NCBI GenBank assembly: GCA_963835065.1
Contig: CAWIEK010000009.1
Location: 64,001-128,000, forward strand
Source of the DNA: an uncultured Chthonomonadaceae bacterium
Lineage (GTDB): Bacteria; Armatimonadota; Chthonomonadetes; Chthonomonadales; Chthonomonadaceae
Direction: 5' to 3'
Length of the DNA: 64,000 nt
Below are positions 45,366 through 54,506 of this stretch, one piece after another. The position numbers and the translations under genes are program-made. Position 1 is the stretch's first letter, and each line of letters starts with the position of its first letter. Under the pieces are notes generated by a model. That model was not told where the DNA came from. It did not search any database and saw only the letters and a program-made list of their open reading frames with translations.

Positions 45366-47801
45366 ATGGATACTATGCTTGCGCTGCGTCCAAAAACCAA
45401 ACAAAAACAGCCTTGTAAATCAACCCAATCGCTGCCATCCCTGCCGCGTGGCTATCGGTCAACCCGCTGGAACGCCAATCGGCGCGTCAACACGGGCGGA
45501 ACCCGGTTCGCCACGCTGGTCGTTTTGGTGGCGCTGGCGGCGGGCGGCGTGTTCGCTTTTCGCCATTTCTTTCATCGAGGCGGCGAGGGCGCGGTACAGC
45601 TCATTCCCGCGGATACGCTCGTTGTCGTGACCTTAGACACCACGCCCTCCCCGGCGCAGGTGCCGGTGTTCAAGCACATCATGGACACCTTCAAAGCCGA
45701 GCATCTGGACGCCGAGCTGGAAAAGGCGATCAGCAGCGTACAAAACAGTTCGCCGCTGGCGCGCGATACGCGCCCGTTTGTGACCGGCAGCCTCGCGTAT
45801 GCCCTGCTGAAAACAAACGCCGCGAATACGGGCGCGGGATCAGCCCCCAATGGGGACAACGTGGTGTTCTTAGCCGTCAGCGATGCCCGCCGCGTTCAGG
45901 AAGCCCTGACGCGCGATGCGCAAAAGAACACGGTGAACAGCTTTGACTATTACACCATTGCGGGCCAAACCAACTGCATGGCCGTAATCGGCAGCTACCT
46001 CGTCTTGGCGGACAAGCCGCAGGACCTGACTAAAATTGAGGCGGTACGCACCGGGGAAACGCCGGCGATTTCCACGCAGACCGACTACCAGCAGGCGCGC
46101 GCCGGGCTTCCTTCCGACAGCAACATCATGCTGTTCGTGTCGCAAGCCGCCATTGCGCAGGCGCAGCAGGCCGCGCAGGGTTTGGCGGGCGGCGGGAGCG
46201 GCTCAAACAATACATCGGGTGGCCTGCTGAACAGCACCAGCAATCCCCTGAACCACGCGCACTATCTGGCAATGGGATTTGCCGTTCACGACCGGGGTAT
46301 TGATGGCGTTATGCTGTCGCCTGCCGAAGCGCCCGCCAACGCGGACGGACAGGCAATCAGCCATATCGCGCCCTTCGACGCCGAAATGTTCCGCAAAATG
46401 CCATCGGGGGCGTATGGAATTATAGCAATGTCGCAGCCCGGCCAATACTACCATTACGCCACTGCGGTAGCCGCTTCGGTCCCGGACTTTCAGCACACGA
46501 TGGACGAGGGCGTGAAAAGTTTCGAGCAGGAAACCGGCATGAGCGTGACCCGCGATATTCTGCCCGGCGTCAACGGCAACCTCGCGCTGGCCGTCTACCC
46601 GGACGCGAACAATTCCCGCAAAAGCGTGGATGGCCTGCTCGTGATGGACGACGCCAACGGAGCCGACCCCGCCAAACTTGCCGACCTCGTTCGCGGGTAT
46701 GCCGAGCGCGCGTCCGCGCAGCATGGCGGGCAAGCCTGGCATTACACGTCTGAGAACCGCAACGGCGTCCTTATCTGGACTCTGAACCCGGAAGCGCAGC
46801 GGCAAATTCAATCCCTCGGCGGCGATTCGCCGGACAGCAGAGGACAGGGAACAGGAAACAGGGAACAGGGTAATCCGTTCTCCATGCCGTCAACGCCGCC
46901 TGGTTCGGGGAGCAATCCTGATGGCGGCATGGGAAGTGGCACTATGCCCAACTCCGGCAGCAGCAATATGAATGGAGCCGACCGGCGCGGGGACAATGGC
47001 GGATTGCTGCAAAGCGGAGGCAGCAGCCGACAAAGCAACGATACGGATGTGCATATCCATGCTAACCATAACGGGCGCGTGTACGACGATACGTTCGACC
47101 TGCATCACGGCGACGACCGGGTACACGCCGACCATAACGGCGTGGATGTGCAGTCGGGGCCTGGCAACACGGTACACGTGAACCGGGGCGGACTGAGCGT
47201 TCATTCCGATGACGGCAGCAGTGTGGACATCAACCCTAACGGCATTGACATCCATGCCCATGACGACGGCACAACGCCGGGGGGAATCGCGCAAAACAAC
47301 ACGGGGCCAACCAGTTTCGGGCAAACGGGGCCGGGACAATCCGCGCCGGGAGTATCTGCGCCGCCCCATGCGAGCGACATGCAGGAGGCCATGCGCAACA
47401 AAACGGTTGCGTATGCGCAGATCGGACACGTTCTGCTGATAGCGTCGTCGCGCCGCATGTTGGATCGCGCCATTGCCGCCTATCAGAGCGGCAGCGACAC
47501 ATTGGCGAATGATCCGGGCTACGCGCAAATGCGGCAGCAAATGATACCGGGTACGCAAAATGCCCTGCTGCTGAACCTGCCGGCCATTCTGGAAGCCGTC
47601 AGACCCTACGTGACCGATGCGATGCGCAGCGACAGTTCCGGCATCAATGTCGAAGACATTCTGCGCGTGGCAGGCGCGCCCGGCAACAGCCTCGTCGCCA
47701 CCCAGCAATACGACGGCAAAACCTTCAAAACCACCTTCTTCCTGCCGCTGGATTACGAAAAGGTGATTCATTTGATCGGCGCGGGAACCAGGCATCAGTA
47801 A
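45366..47801 (+). CDS. Large membrane-anchored protein, DUF3352-like
   Basis: N-terminal TM; AVQLIPADTLVVV; internal two-fold repeat (YQQARAGLP / YAQMRQQM); His/Asp-rich insert; start uncertain. Confidence 0.7.
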   Translation: MDTMLALRPKTKQKQPCKSTQSLPSLPRGYRSTRWNANRRVNTGGTRFATLVVLVALAAGGVFAFRHFFHRGGEGAVQLIPADTLVVVTLDTTPSPAQVPVFKHIMDTFKAEHLDAELEKAISSVQNSSPLARDTRPFVTGSLAYALLKTNAANTGAGSAPNGDNVVFLAVSDARRVQEALTRDAQKNTVNSFDYYTIAGQTNCMAVIGSYLVLADKPQDLTKIEAVRTGETPAISTQTDYQQARAGLPSDSNIMLFVSQAAIAQAQQAAQGLAGGGSGSNNTSGGLLNSTSNPLNHAHYLAMGFAVHDRGIDGVMLSPAEAPANADGQAISHIAPFDAEMFRKMPSGAYGIIAMSQPGQYYHYATAVAASVPDFQHTMDEGVKSFEQETGMSVTRDILPGVNGNLALAVYPDANNSRKSVDGLLVMDDANGADPAKLADLVRGYAERASAQHGGQAWHYTSENRNGVLIWTLNPEAQRQIQSLGGDSPDSRGQGTGNREQGNPFSMPSTPPGSGSNPDGGMGSGTMPNSGSSNMNGADRRGDNGGLLQSGGSSRQSNDTDVHIHANHNGRVYDDTFDLHHGDDRVHADHNGVDVQSGPGNTVHVNRGGLSVHSDDGSSVDINPNGIDIHAHDDGTTPGGIAQNNTGPTSFGQTGPGQSAPGVSAPPHASDMQEAMRNKTVAYAQIGHVLLIASSRRMLDRAIAAYQSGSDTLANDPGYAQMRQQMIPGTQNALLLNLPAILEAVRPYVTDAMRSDSSGINVEDILRVAGAPGNSLVATQQYDGKTFKTTFFLPLDYEKVIHLIGAGTRHQ

Positions 47802-47924
47802 GTAGTCAGAAGTGAGTAGTCAGTAGTCAGTAGAAATGCCTCTCGACTCAACTCTCTGCGCTACAGTAATAGCTTATAAGAAGTGGTTGTCCTACTGACT
47901 ACTGACTACTCACTTCTGACTACT
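47800..47924. repeat. Inverted heptamer-array element (AGTAGTC)n ... (GACTACT)n
   Basis: Arms are reverse complements; core related to 49058-49181 in opposite orientation. Confidence 0.88.
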
Positions 47925-47939
47925 TTCGGAGACATTCAC

Positions 47940-48386
47940 ATGAATAATGTCGTATTTCAAACCGGGGGCGATTGGGACAGCACGACGCTGTTCAACAATG
48001 GTATGGAAGTGATGGCCGCGCAGTTGTTTGTGGAACTCCATGCGGGGCGCGACTTCGACGGCATGCCTTCACGGGGCGGCGTGTACGATGGCGGCGAGAT
48101 TACCGCGATCATCCGCCCGCAGGACAACCCCACCTATGAAATGGGGATTTTCCCCGGTCGGCTGGAAATGATTTTCCCCGGCCATACCCTTGTGCTGGAA
48201 AACACGCATCCAGGCTTTCAATTTGAATTTACGCGCATCCTCTACAACAATCAGGACGTGACCAACCATGTCGTAGACCTGTACGTAGACATCAATGCCG
48301 TTGACAACGTGGTGACGGCGTACATTACCCTGTACAAAGCGCACTGGTTCGGCTCCGATGAAGTGGCGACGTATACTATAGTTTGA
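47940..48386 (+). CDS. Hypothetical beta-rich protein
   Basis: GGAG RBS; 148 aa; co-oriented within the cluster. Confidence 0.8.
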   Translation: MNNVVFQTGGDWDSTTLFNNGMEVMAAQLFVELHAGRDFDGMPSRGGVYDGGEITAIIRPQDNPTYEMGIFPGRLEMIFPGHTLVLENTHPGFQFEFTRILYNNQDVTNHVVDLYVDINAVDNVVTAYITLYKAHWFGSDEVATYTIV

Positions 48387-48404
48387 GTGTGAGTGAGGAA
48401 AAAA

Positions 48405-49055
48405 ATGACACATCCAAATCGTTCGAGTTGGATTCGCTTGATGCGCGCGGGACTGGCGTTTCTGTTGACGGGCGTGATGGCGCTTGCGCTGTTTGCGGAC
48501 GGCGCGATTGCGCAGCGGCGCGGCGGGGGCGGCGGGGGCGGCTCGTTTGGGCGCTCCGGCGGCGGGGGTGGCTTCGGCGGCTCGTTCGGGCGCGGCAGCA
48601 GCGGGGGCGGCAGTTTCGGCAGTGGCGGCGGTTCGTTTGGCCGTTCCAGTTCCGGCGGGGGTGGCAGTTTTGGAAGTGGAGGCGGTTCCTTCGGACGCTC
48701 CAGCAGCGGCAGCTTCGGCAGCAGCAGTAGTGGCGGGTCGTTCGGGCGCAGCGGCAGTTTTGGCGGTGGCGGAATTACCCGCTCGTCCAGCGGCACCATG
48801 ATGTATCACAACTCCCCCGCGTATGGCTACGGCGGCTACAGCTACTACTGGGGTTCGCCCTCCTGGTACTACTATACGCCGTTCCATCCCGCGTTCTACT
48901 ATTACCCGCCGTACTACAATGATGGCGCTTACTACGCGGGCGGCTTCAACTTCGGCCATTTGCTCATCAGCCTCCTTGTCTTCGCAGGCATCTTCTGGGT
49001 GATCGGCAGACTGTTCTTCCGGCGCAAAAACGTTCGGTTTACGAGCTATTCGTGA
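48405..49055 (+). CDS. Exported Gly/Ser-rich protein with Tyr-rich segment and C-terminal TM anchor
   Basis: Signal peptide; GGSFG(R/S)S repeats; YYYTPFHPAFYYYPPYY; TM followed by RRK. Confidence 0.8.
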   Translation: MTHPNRSSWIRLMRAGLAFLLTGVMALALFADGAIAQRRGGGGGGGSFGRSGGGGGFGGSFGRGSSGGGSFGSGGGSFGRSSSGGGGSFGSGGGSFGRSSSGSFGSSSSGGSFGRSGSFGGGGITRSSSGTMMYHNSPAYGYGGYSYYWGSPSWYYYTPFHPAFYYYPPYYNDGAYYAGGFNFGHLLISLLVFAGIFWVIGRLFFRRKNVRFTSYS

Positions 49056-49057
49056 CA

Positions 49058-49181
49058 GAGTAGTCAGTAGTCAGTAGTCAGTAGTCAGTAGAAAATCTGC
49101 TCTTGTAAGCTGTTACTGAGGTACACGGCTTTGAAGAGACAGGTGTTTCTACTGACTACTGACTACTGACTACTGACTACT
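49058..49181. repeat. Inverted heptamer-array element (AGTAGTC)n ... (GACTACT)n, second copy
   Basis: Four-plus units on each arm. Confidence 0.88.
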
Positions 49182-49196
49182 TCGGAGACCCCCATC

Positions 49197-49757
49197 GTGT
49201 TCGGCAAACCTTCGCAGAACAATCCCGGCAATCGCAATCCGGCGGGCAGTGCGGCCAATAATGGACAAAGCGCCAATCGGCCTGCGGTTGCGGACGAAGC
49301 GCAGATACAGGGCGGCGGATTGGCGCAGATTATTGTCACCGGGCTGTCGCCCCTGACGTTTTATCTGTTTTTGAATGACCAATTCGTGTCGCAGTTGGAT
49401 GTGGAAAGCCTGAACGTCGCCATTGAAGCGCCTTCCGACAATGATCCGAGCAGCGGCATGATACGGGCGACATTAGCCCGCTACGTGGACGCGATTACGG
49501 GCGGCAAAACCGTGCAAAGGACAGAGTTGTTTCCCTGTACGCTGGAAATTGTGGCGCAAAAACGCCGCTTGTCCGTGATTTGCAAGGACCCCAACACCTT
49601 CGATGGCTTGTTCTTAACCGTCGGATTACAGCCGGATGGAACCAGCCGCGATCTGAACGGCGTTCATTCCCTGAACGTTTTGCTGACCGAAGGATTGTTC
49701 GACGCCAAAATCATCTGGAGCGACGGGCAGACAGACAACGTTTTCCCGCAATCGTAG
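49197..49757 (+). CDS. Hypothetical protein, probable distant paralogue of 47940-48386
   Basis: GGAG RBS, GTG start; shares an (I/L)FP-x-x-LE motif. Confidence 0.78.
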   Translation: MFGKPSQNNPGNRNPAGSAANNGQSANRPAVADEAQIQGGGLAQIIVTGLSPLTFYLFLNDQFVSQLDVESLNVAIEAPSDNDPSSGMIRATLARYVDAITGGKTVQRTELFPCTLEIVAQKRRLSVICKDPNTFDGLFLTVGLQPDGTSRDLNGVHSLNVLLTEGLFDAKIIWSDGQTDNVFPQS

Positions 49758-49968
49758 TTGAAAGGCGCGGTAAATAGCAATGCAGACAGAACTTCAAAGT
49801 GATATACTGTAACAAAGCGCAGGGCGTGACGTATAAGTGATATGTCACGCCATCGCTTTCAATCGCTTTCAATGGTATTGGTTCAACTCTCAACTGTTTA
49901 GCGCCTGTTTCCTGCGGTATATTTACGCGCTGCTCCACCCGGACGTATTTGGAAGAAGGCCACGCATT

Positions 49969-51318
49969 ATGCCCTTTCACTATTCGCGGACTCGCAGTTC
50001 CGTTGTTTCAGGTTCCACTTCCAATTCGCGCGGCGCGCTGCTTTCGAGCGCGCGCTACTCGTGCCCCTGGATGGGCACGCTTGCTCTGTCACTGGTTCTG
50101 GCTGTCATGTCGCGGCCGGGATCGGCGCTGAGTGGGGAGAAAGCGCCTGGCGACACGGCCCCAACCGCCGCTGCAAAGGGCGCAAGCGCGGACGCCGGGG
50201 GCGCGAAAACGCCCCTGGCAGATCCGACGCCGGTTGAAGACGGCGAAGTGAAACTAGGCCGCATGAACGCGGAAGAAAATGACCGACAGGTAAAACTGAT
50301 TACCGACAGCAAGGTTTTGGAGCGCGTGAACCGCATCGGGCAGGAGTTGGCGCGTATCGCCAACAACTATCCCATTCCCGCGACCTGGGGCAGTTCGCAA
50401 TTGAAGGCGTTCAAGTACACCTTCAAAGTGGTGGACGATAAAGATGTGAACGCTTACTCGCTGCCGGGCGGCTTTATTTATGTTCACAAAGGCTTGATTG
50501 ACGCCGTGCGATCCGATGATGAACTGGCCGGCGTTCTGGCGCACGAAATCGCCCATGCCGCGCACCACCACGTTTTGAAACTGCTGCGCGAACAGCACAA
50601 AATTGAGAACTGGATGGTTCCTCTGGAACTGCTGGCGGCTGCGGCGGCCATGAGCAAACGGGGACAGGGCGGGGCGGGCGCGCTGCAGGCCATTCAGGTG
50701 GGACAACTGTACGCGACGGCCAAAGTAAACGGGTTCGGCATTGAAGCCGAAAAGGACGCCGATCACGCGGGCTTATTGCTGATGACGCACTCGCGCTACA
50801 ATCCCGTCGGCCTTTACAGTTTTATGATTCGTCTGGCGCAACTGGAGAAATCGCATGAGCGCGGCGACCTGGGCATTTTCCGCACCCACCCGCCCGGAGC
50901 GGAGCGCGTCGAATCCGCGAAAGAACTGCTCGACAACCTCAACATTCCCATCCGCCTGGCGGATGTAGACCCCACCATTCGCGCAGTCGTCACGTCCGTC
51001 AAAGACAGCGGCATTGAAATGGCCGAAATCAAGATACGGGGCATGGTCGTTTGCCGGGTTATCAGCGACGACGGTATTCCCGCAACGGAGCGCGCCACTG
51101 ACATTGGCAAAAAGCTGACCAAACTGCTGGATGATCGCCTGCAGCCCTTCGAGGTCAAGGTAAGCCGGGACGAAACGCGCATCATGGTTCGCAATCAAGC
51201 CCTGCTTACAGACGCGGACGCCCACGCGCAAAACAAAACATTGGCGGAACTTGCCCGCCAGATCGCCGATGCCGTCGCCCAAATCAGCCAGAAAGCGCAA
51301 CTGGAAAATAATCCGTAG
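49969..51318 (+). CDS. M48 family zinc metallopeptidase
   Basis: VNAYSLPGGFIYV; ELAGVLAHEIAH (HExxH); EKDAD; THP. Confidence 0.93.
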   Translation: MPFHYSRTRSSVVSGSTSNSRGALLSSARYSCPWMGTLALSLVLAVMSRPGSALSGEKAPGDTAPTAAAKGASADAGGAKTPLADPTPVEDGEVKLGRMNAEENDRQVKLITDSKVLERVNRIGQELARIANNYPIPATWGSSQLKAFKYTFKVVDDKDVNAYSLPGGFIYVHKGLIDAVRSDDELAGVLAHEIAHAAHHHVLKLLREQHKIENWMVPLELLAAAAAMSKRGQGGAGALQAIQVGQLYATAKVNGFGIEAEKDADHAGLLLMTHSRYNPVGLYSFMIRLAQLEKSHERGDLGIFRTHPPGAERVESAKELLDNLNIPIRLADVDPTIRAVVTSVKDSGIEMAEIKIRGMVVCRVISDDGIPATERATDIGKKLTKLLDDRLQPFEVKVSRDETRIMVRNQALLTDADAHAQNKTLAELARQIADAVAQISQKAQLENNP

Positions 51319-51365
51319 ACGCAAAACTGCGGGAGTAGAGCCAATACCATGTAAAACAAGACTCC

Positions 51366-51453
51366 GTAGGGGCGCAATTTATTGCGCCCTCTGGCGCGCT
51401 TGCGCCCTCTGGCGGATGTGGCTAATTGCGGGCGTGATTTATCACGCCCCTAC
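51366..51453. repeat. Inverted pair of GTAG-type REP elements
   Basis: GTAGGGGCGCAATTTATTGCGCCC and GGGCGTGATTTATCACGCCCCTAC (compensatory stem changes). Confidence 0.85.
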
Positions 51454-51483
51454 AAATATTGTTTGAATGGCAGCGTAATTAAA

Positions 51484-52674
51484 ATGATAAGCCTGACATT
51501 TTTGATTGGAATTGCTGTGATGGCAGGCGTAACCCTGTCCGGCGGGACACCTGCCAGCGCAGAGGTGGCAAAACTGCCGGAAAGAGAGCAATTGCCTGTT
51601 GTCAAGCAATTGCCCGATCCGTTTCTGTTTCTGGATGGAACGCGGGTTCATAGCAAAAAGGAGTGGGCAAAGCGGCGTGAGGAACTCAAAATGCTGGCGC
51701 AGTATTACGCTTATGGCGTGTTGCCCCCGGCAGGCGGCGCGGTTCACGCCGAAGAACTGGAATCCACGCACAATTCTGCGCTTGGCGCGACGGAAAAGAG
51801 ACTGCTGCTGCGCATGGGGCCGGAAGGCAAGGTGCAGGCGCATCTGCTGCTGACTATTCCCGACGGCGGCAAGCGGTTCCCCGCTATTGTTGTTGGCGAT
51901 TTATGCTGGGGCAAAGTGGAACCGGAGATTGTCGCGGAAGTGGTGAAGCGCGGCTATATTCTGGCCGAATTTGACCGTACCGAAGTTGTACCGGACAAGA
52001 ACGTTCATACGGGCGGCTTGTACGACGCTTATCCCAATGGAGATTACGGGGCGGTTGCGGGCTGGGCGTGGGGCTTTCACCGGGTAGTAGATTATCTGCA
52101 CACGCTGCCTAACGTAGACGCCAAACACATTGCGGCAACGGGACATTCGCGGGGCGGCAAAGCGGTTCTGCTGGCGGGCGCGTTGGATGAGCGCATTGCC
52201 CTGACCGCGCCCAATGATGCGGGCTGCATGGGAACCGGCTGTACGCGCTTTATCTACTCCGGGGAAACCGTACCCATTATCACGAAGAATTTCCCCTACT
52301 GGTTTTCGCCCCGCCTGACGGAGTTTATCGGTCACGAAGAGCAGCTTCCGTTCGATCAGCATAGCATGAAAGCCCTGATTGCGCCTCGCGCCCTGCTGGA
52401 AACGCAGGCGTTGGGGGATGAGTGGGCTAATCCGCAGGGGGCGCAGTCCACCTATCAGGCGGCAAGAACCGTCTTCGACTATTTGGGCGCGGGTGACAAA
52501 ATCGGCATTGCCTACCGTCCCGGCGAACACGCGCAAAAACTCTGGGACTGGCAAGCCCTCCTGAACTTCGCCGACCTCCAGTTCTTCCACAAACCCACCG
52601 AACGCAGCTTCAACGCGCTCCCCTACCCCGATGATTCCAAGCGCGTCTTTGCGTGGACAGCCCCGGCGAAATAG
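51484..52674 (+). CDS. Secreted CE15-like (glucuronoyl esterase family) hydrolase
   Basis: Signal peptide; LPDPF; GWAWG; GHSRGGK; LPFDQH..ALIAPR. Confidence 0.85.
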   Translation: MISLTFLIGIAVMAGVTLSGGTPASAEVAKLPEREQLPVVKQLPDPFLFLDGTRVHSKKEWAKRREELKMLAQYYAYGVLPPAGGAVHAEELESTHNSALGATEKRLLLRMGPEGKVQAHLLLTIPDGGKRFPAIVVGDLCWGKVEPEIVAEVVKRGYILAEFDRTEVVPDKNVHTGGLYDAYPNGDYGAVAGWAWGFHRVVDYLHTLPNVDAKHIAATGHSRGGKAVLLAGALDERIALTAPNDAGCMGTGCTRFIYSGETVPIITKNFPYWFSPRLTEFIGHEEQLPFDQHSMKALIAPRALLETQALGDEWANPQGAQSTYQAARTVFDYLGAGDKIGIAYRPGEHAQKLWDWQALLNFADLQFFHKPTERSFNALPYPDDSKRVFAWTAPAK

Positions 52675-52678
52675 TGGG

Positions 52679-52879
52679 CTTCTACCCTCATCCGGCCTCC
52701 GGCCACCTTCTCCCTGCAAGGGAGAAGGCCAATGTGGTAGTCTGGTGCGCTGATTGTGGAGTTGGTTGGTGTATAAGGTTCGCGCGCTCGTTTCCCATCC
52801 CTAATACAACCGCCCACTGAATAGTTTAGCCTTCTCCCTTGCAGGGAGAAGGTGGCCGGAGGCCGGATGAGGGTAGAAA
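52679..52879. repeat. Inverted pair of CCGGCCTYCGGCCACC-family elements
   Basis: ttctaccctcatccggcctccggccaccttctccctgcaagggagaaggc and its reverse complement. Confidence 0.88.
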
Positions 52880-52884
52880 CTCCC

Positions 52885-52919
52885 AAAATAAAAGAGGCTC
52901 TTCATTGCTGAAGGGCCTC
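52885..52919 (-). terminator. Intrinsic terminator of tRNA-Leu
   Basis: Minus strand: GAGGCCCTTCA-GCAA-TGAAGAGCCTC-TTTTATTTT. Confidence 0.85.
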
Positions 52920-52922
52920 CGA

Positions 52923-53230
52923 TGCGGGGAACGGGACTCGAACCCGTACGTCTTACGACCCAGGTTTTTCTTACCACTACAGTTTTCACTGCCCGTAAGG
53001 TTTGTGGTCTGGACCATACCTTCTCCATATCCCATAGGATTTAGGAGGTTTCCATCTGGCCTCTACACCTTCTCAAGGGAACGAATTTGTATTCCCTGAG
53101 CTTGGCTCGGTATTGCCATGTTAAATTCTAACGAAGGGTTCACCGAATTTGGAAACTTCTACATTGAACTTTTCAGTTCAAGCACTCAATTTGTTTAAGA
53201 CCTGTGCGGCTGCCATTACGCCACCCCCGC
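52923..53230 (-). tRNA. trnL: tRNA-Leu(UAA), intron-containing; exons 53230-53197 and 52969-52923
   Basis: Acceptor GCGGGGG/TCCCCGC+A; anticodon stem CAGGT/ACCTG with spliced loop CTTAAAA; variable arm GTC-GTAA-GAC; T arm ACGGG-TTCGAGT-CCCGT; CCA not encoded. Confidence 0.96.
52970..53196 (-). ncRNA. Group I self-splicing intron (IC3-like), 227 nt, no ORF
   Basis: Follows U34 and ends in G; P1 CUU/GAG; P3 GTTTCCA/TGGAAAC; P4 TTCGGT/ACCGAG; P7 G-A-GGCCA/TGGTC-C. Confidence 0.93.
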
Positions 53231-53253
53231 GCATACTTTAGTAGAACCCTCTT

Positions 53254-53283
53254 ATTATAACCCTCTGCCCTCCTTTCCGTCAA
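53254..53283 (-). promoter_or_regulatory. Sigma-70 promoter of tRNA-Leu
   Basis: Minus strand TTGACG-N18-TATAAT, 23 nt upstream of the tRNA 5' end. Confidence 0.8.
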
Positions 53284-53375
53284 CCACTGTTTTGAAAACG
53301 TTGCTGTTTTTGCATCCTGCCGGGCGGGAACAGACAGATGCGTGGTAAACTGTTACAACAATACCAATACTGCCG

Positions 53376-54506
53376 ATGGTTCTAACGCCTGCTTCTCAAC
53401 AGCCCATGAAACGTTTTCTTGTGTGTATTCCCGATTCTAAAGTGGGCGATTTTTTGATGAGCGTTCCGACGCTTGCGGCTTTGCGCGCGCATTTTCCCGG
53501 CTGCCATATCGCGCTGCTGCTGCGCCGCCCCGATCCCGGCGAGTGGCTGACGCGGCATCCCCTGGTGGACGACATCATCTGGTGCAATCCTGACGACCAT
53601 ACCCGCCGTCAGGGAATGGCAGGCGTGGTACGCGAGTTACGCAAGCGCAAGTTCGATGTGGCGATTTATCGCGGACGCAACGCGCATTTCGTCTGGATGT
53701 TCTGGCTGGCGGGCATCCCCATGCGGATCGCCGGTTCCAACCGCTACTACAAATTCCTGATTACGCACAACACAGCCTTTAACCGCGAAACTCCTGACCG
53801 TCACGAACTGGTGTATAATCTGGAGCAGTTGCGTCCGCTTGGCATTACGGCTCCCGATACCGCCATGCGCTTTCCCGTTTCGCTACAGGAGCAAGCGCAG
53901 GCAGACGCACTTTTGCGCGAACAAGGCGTTCAGAACGGCAATACGCTGATTGCCATTAATCCGGGCTACGCGGGCAGTTCGCGCCCCTGGCCTGCCGAAC
54001 GGTTTGCCGAAGTGGGCAAGCAACTTGCGGCGAAAACGGGCGCGCGTATTTTAATTGTCGGGCGCAAGGGCGACGCGCAAATGGAAAACGGGTTTTGCGA
54101 GAGTTATCGGCTCGGCCTGCGTGGACCTGACCGGCAAAACTTCCGTGCCCCTGCTTGCCGCCATTTTGCAGCGCTGCCGACTGCACATCAGCATTGACAC
54201 GGGCACATCCCATCTCGCTGCGGCGATGGACACGCCCAATGTCACGCTTATTTCCCTATATCAAGCATTGGGAGCAGCGCATTCGCTGGCGTCCCTGGCA
54301 GACCGAATCGCAGCAACGCTTACTCGGCCCGCTTGTACGCTGCGCAGGGTGTGCGCGGCGCTGTACCAAAACGGAAAACGCCTGCGTGGACAGCATTACC
54401 GTTGCGCAGGTGGTTGACTGCCGCGCTGGATTTGCTGGCTTCCACTGCTGATACCACGCGCAAGATAACGGATGAGACAACGGCTTCCGAGGTGACATTG
54501 GCGTGA
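53376..54506 (+). CDS. Glycosyltransferase family 9 (heptosyltransferase-like), three +1 frameshifts
   Basis: KVGDFL; IAINPG..WPAERF; DLTGKTS; ISIDTGTSHLAAA in a shifted frame; the repaired frame ends in a TGA overlapping the next GTG. Confidence 0.85.

Noticed and set aside
52679..52969. tRNA 3' end as an integration site for an island or prophage
   Set aside because: I saw no integrase, phage genes or duplicated tRNA 3' end in the window.
52801..53099. Short ORFs over the tRNA locus, or an intron-encoded homing endonuclease
   Set aside because: They overlap the tRNA, intron and repeat; the intron is only 227 nt with no nuclease motif.
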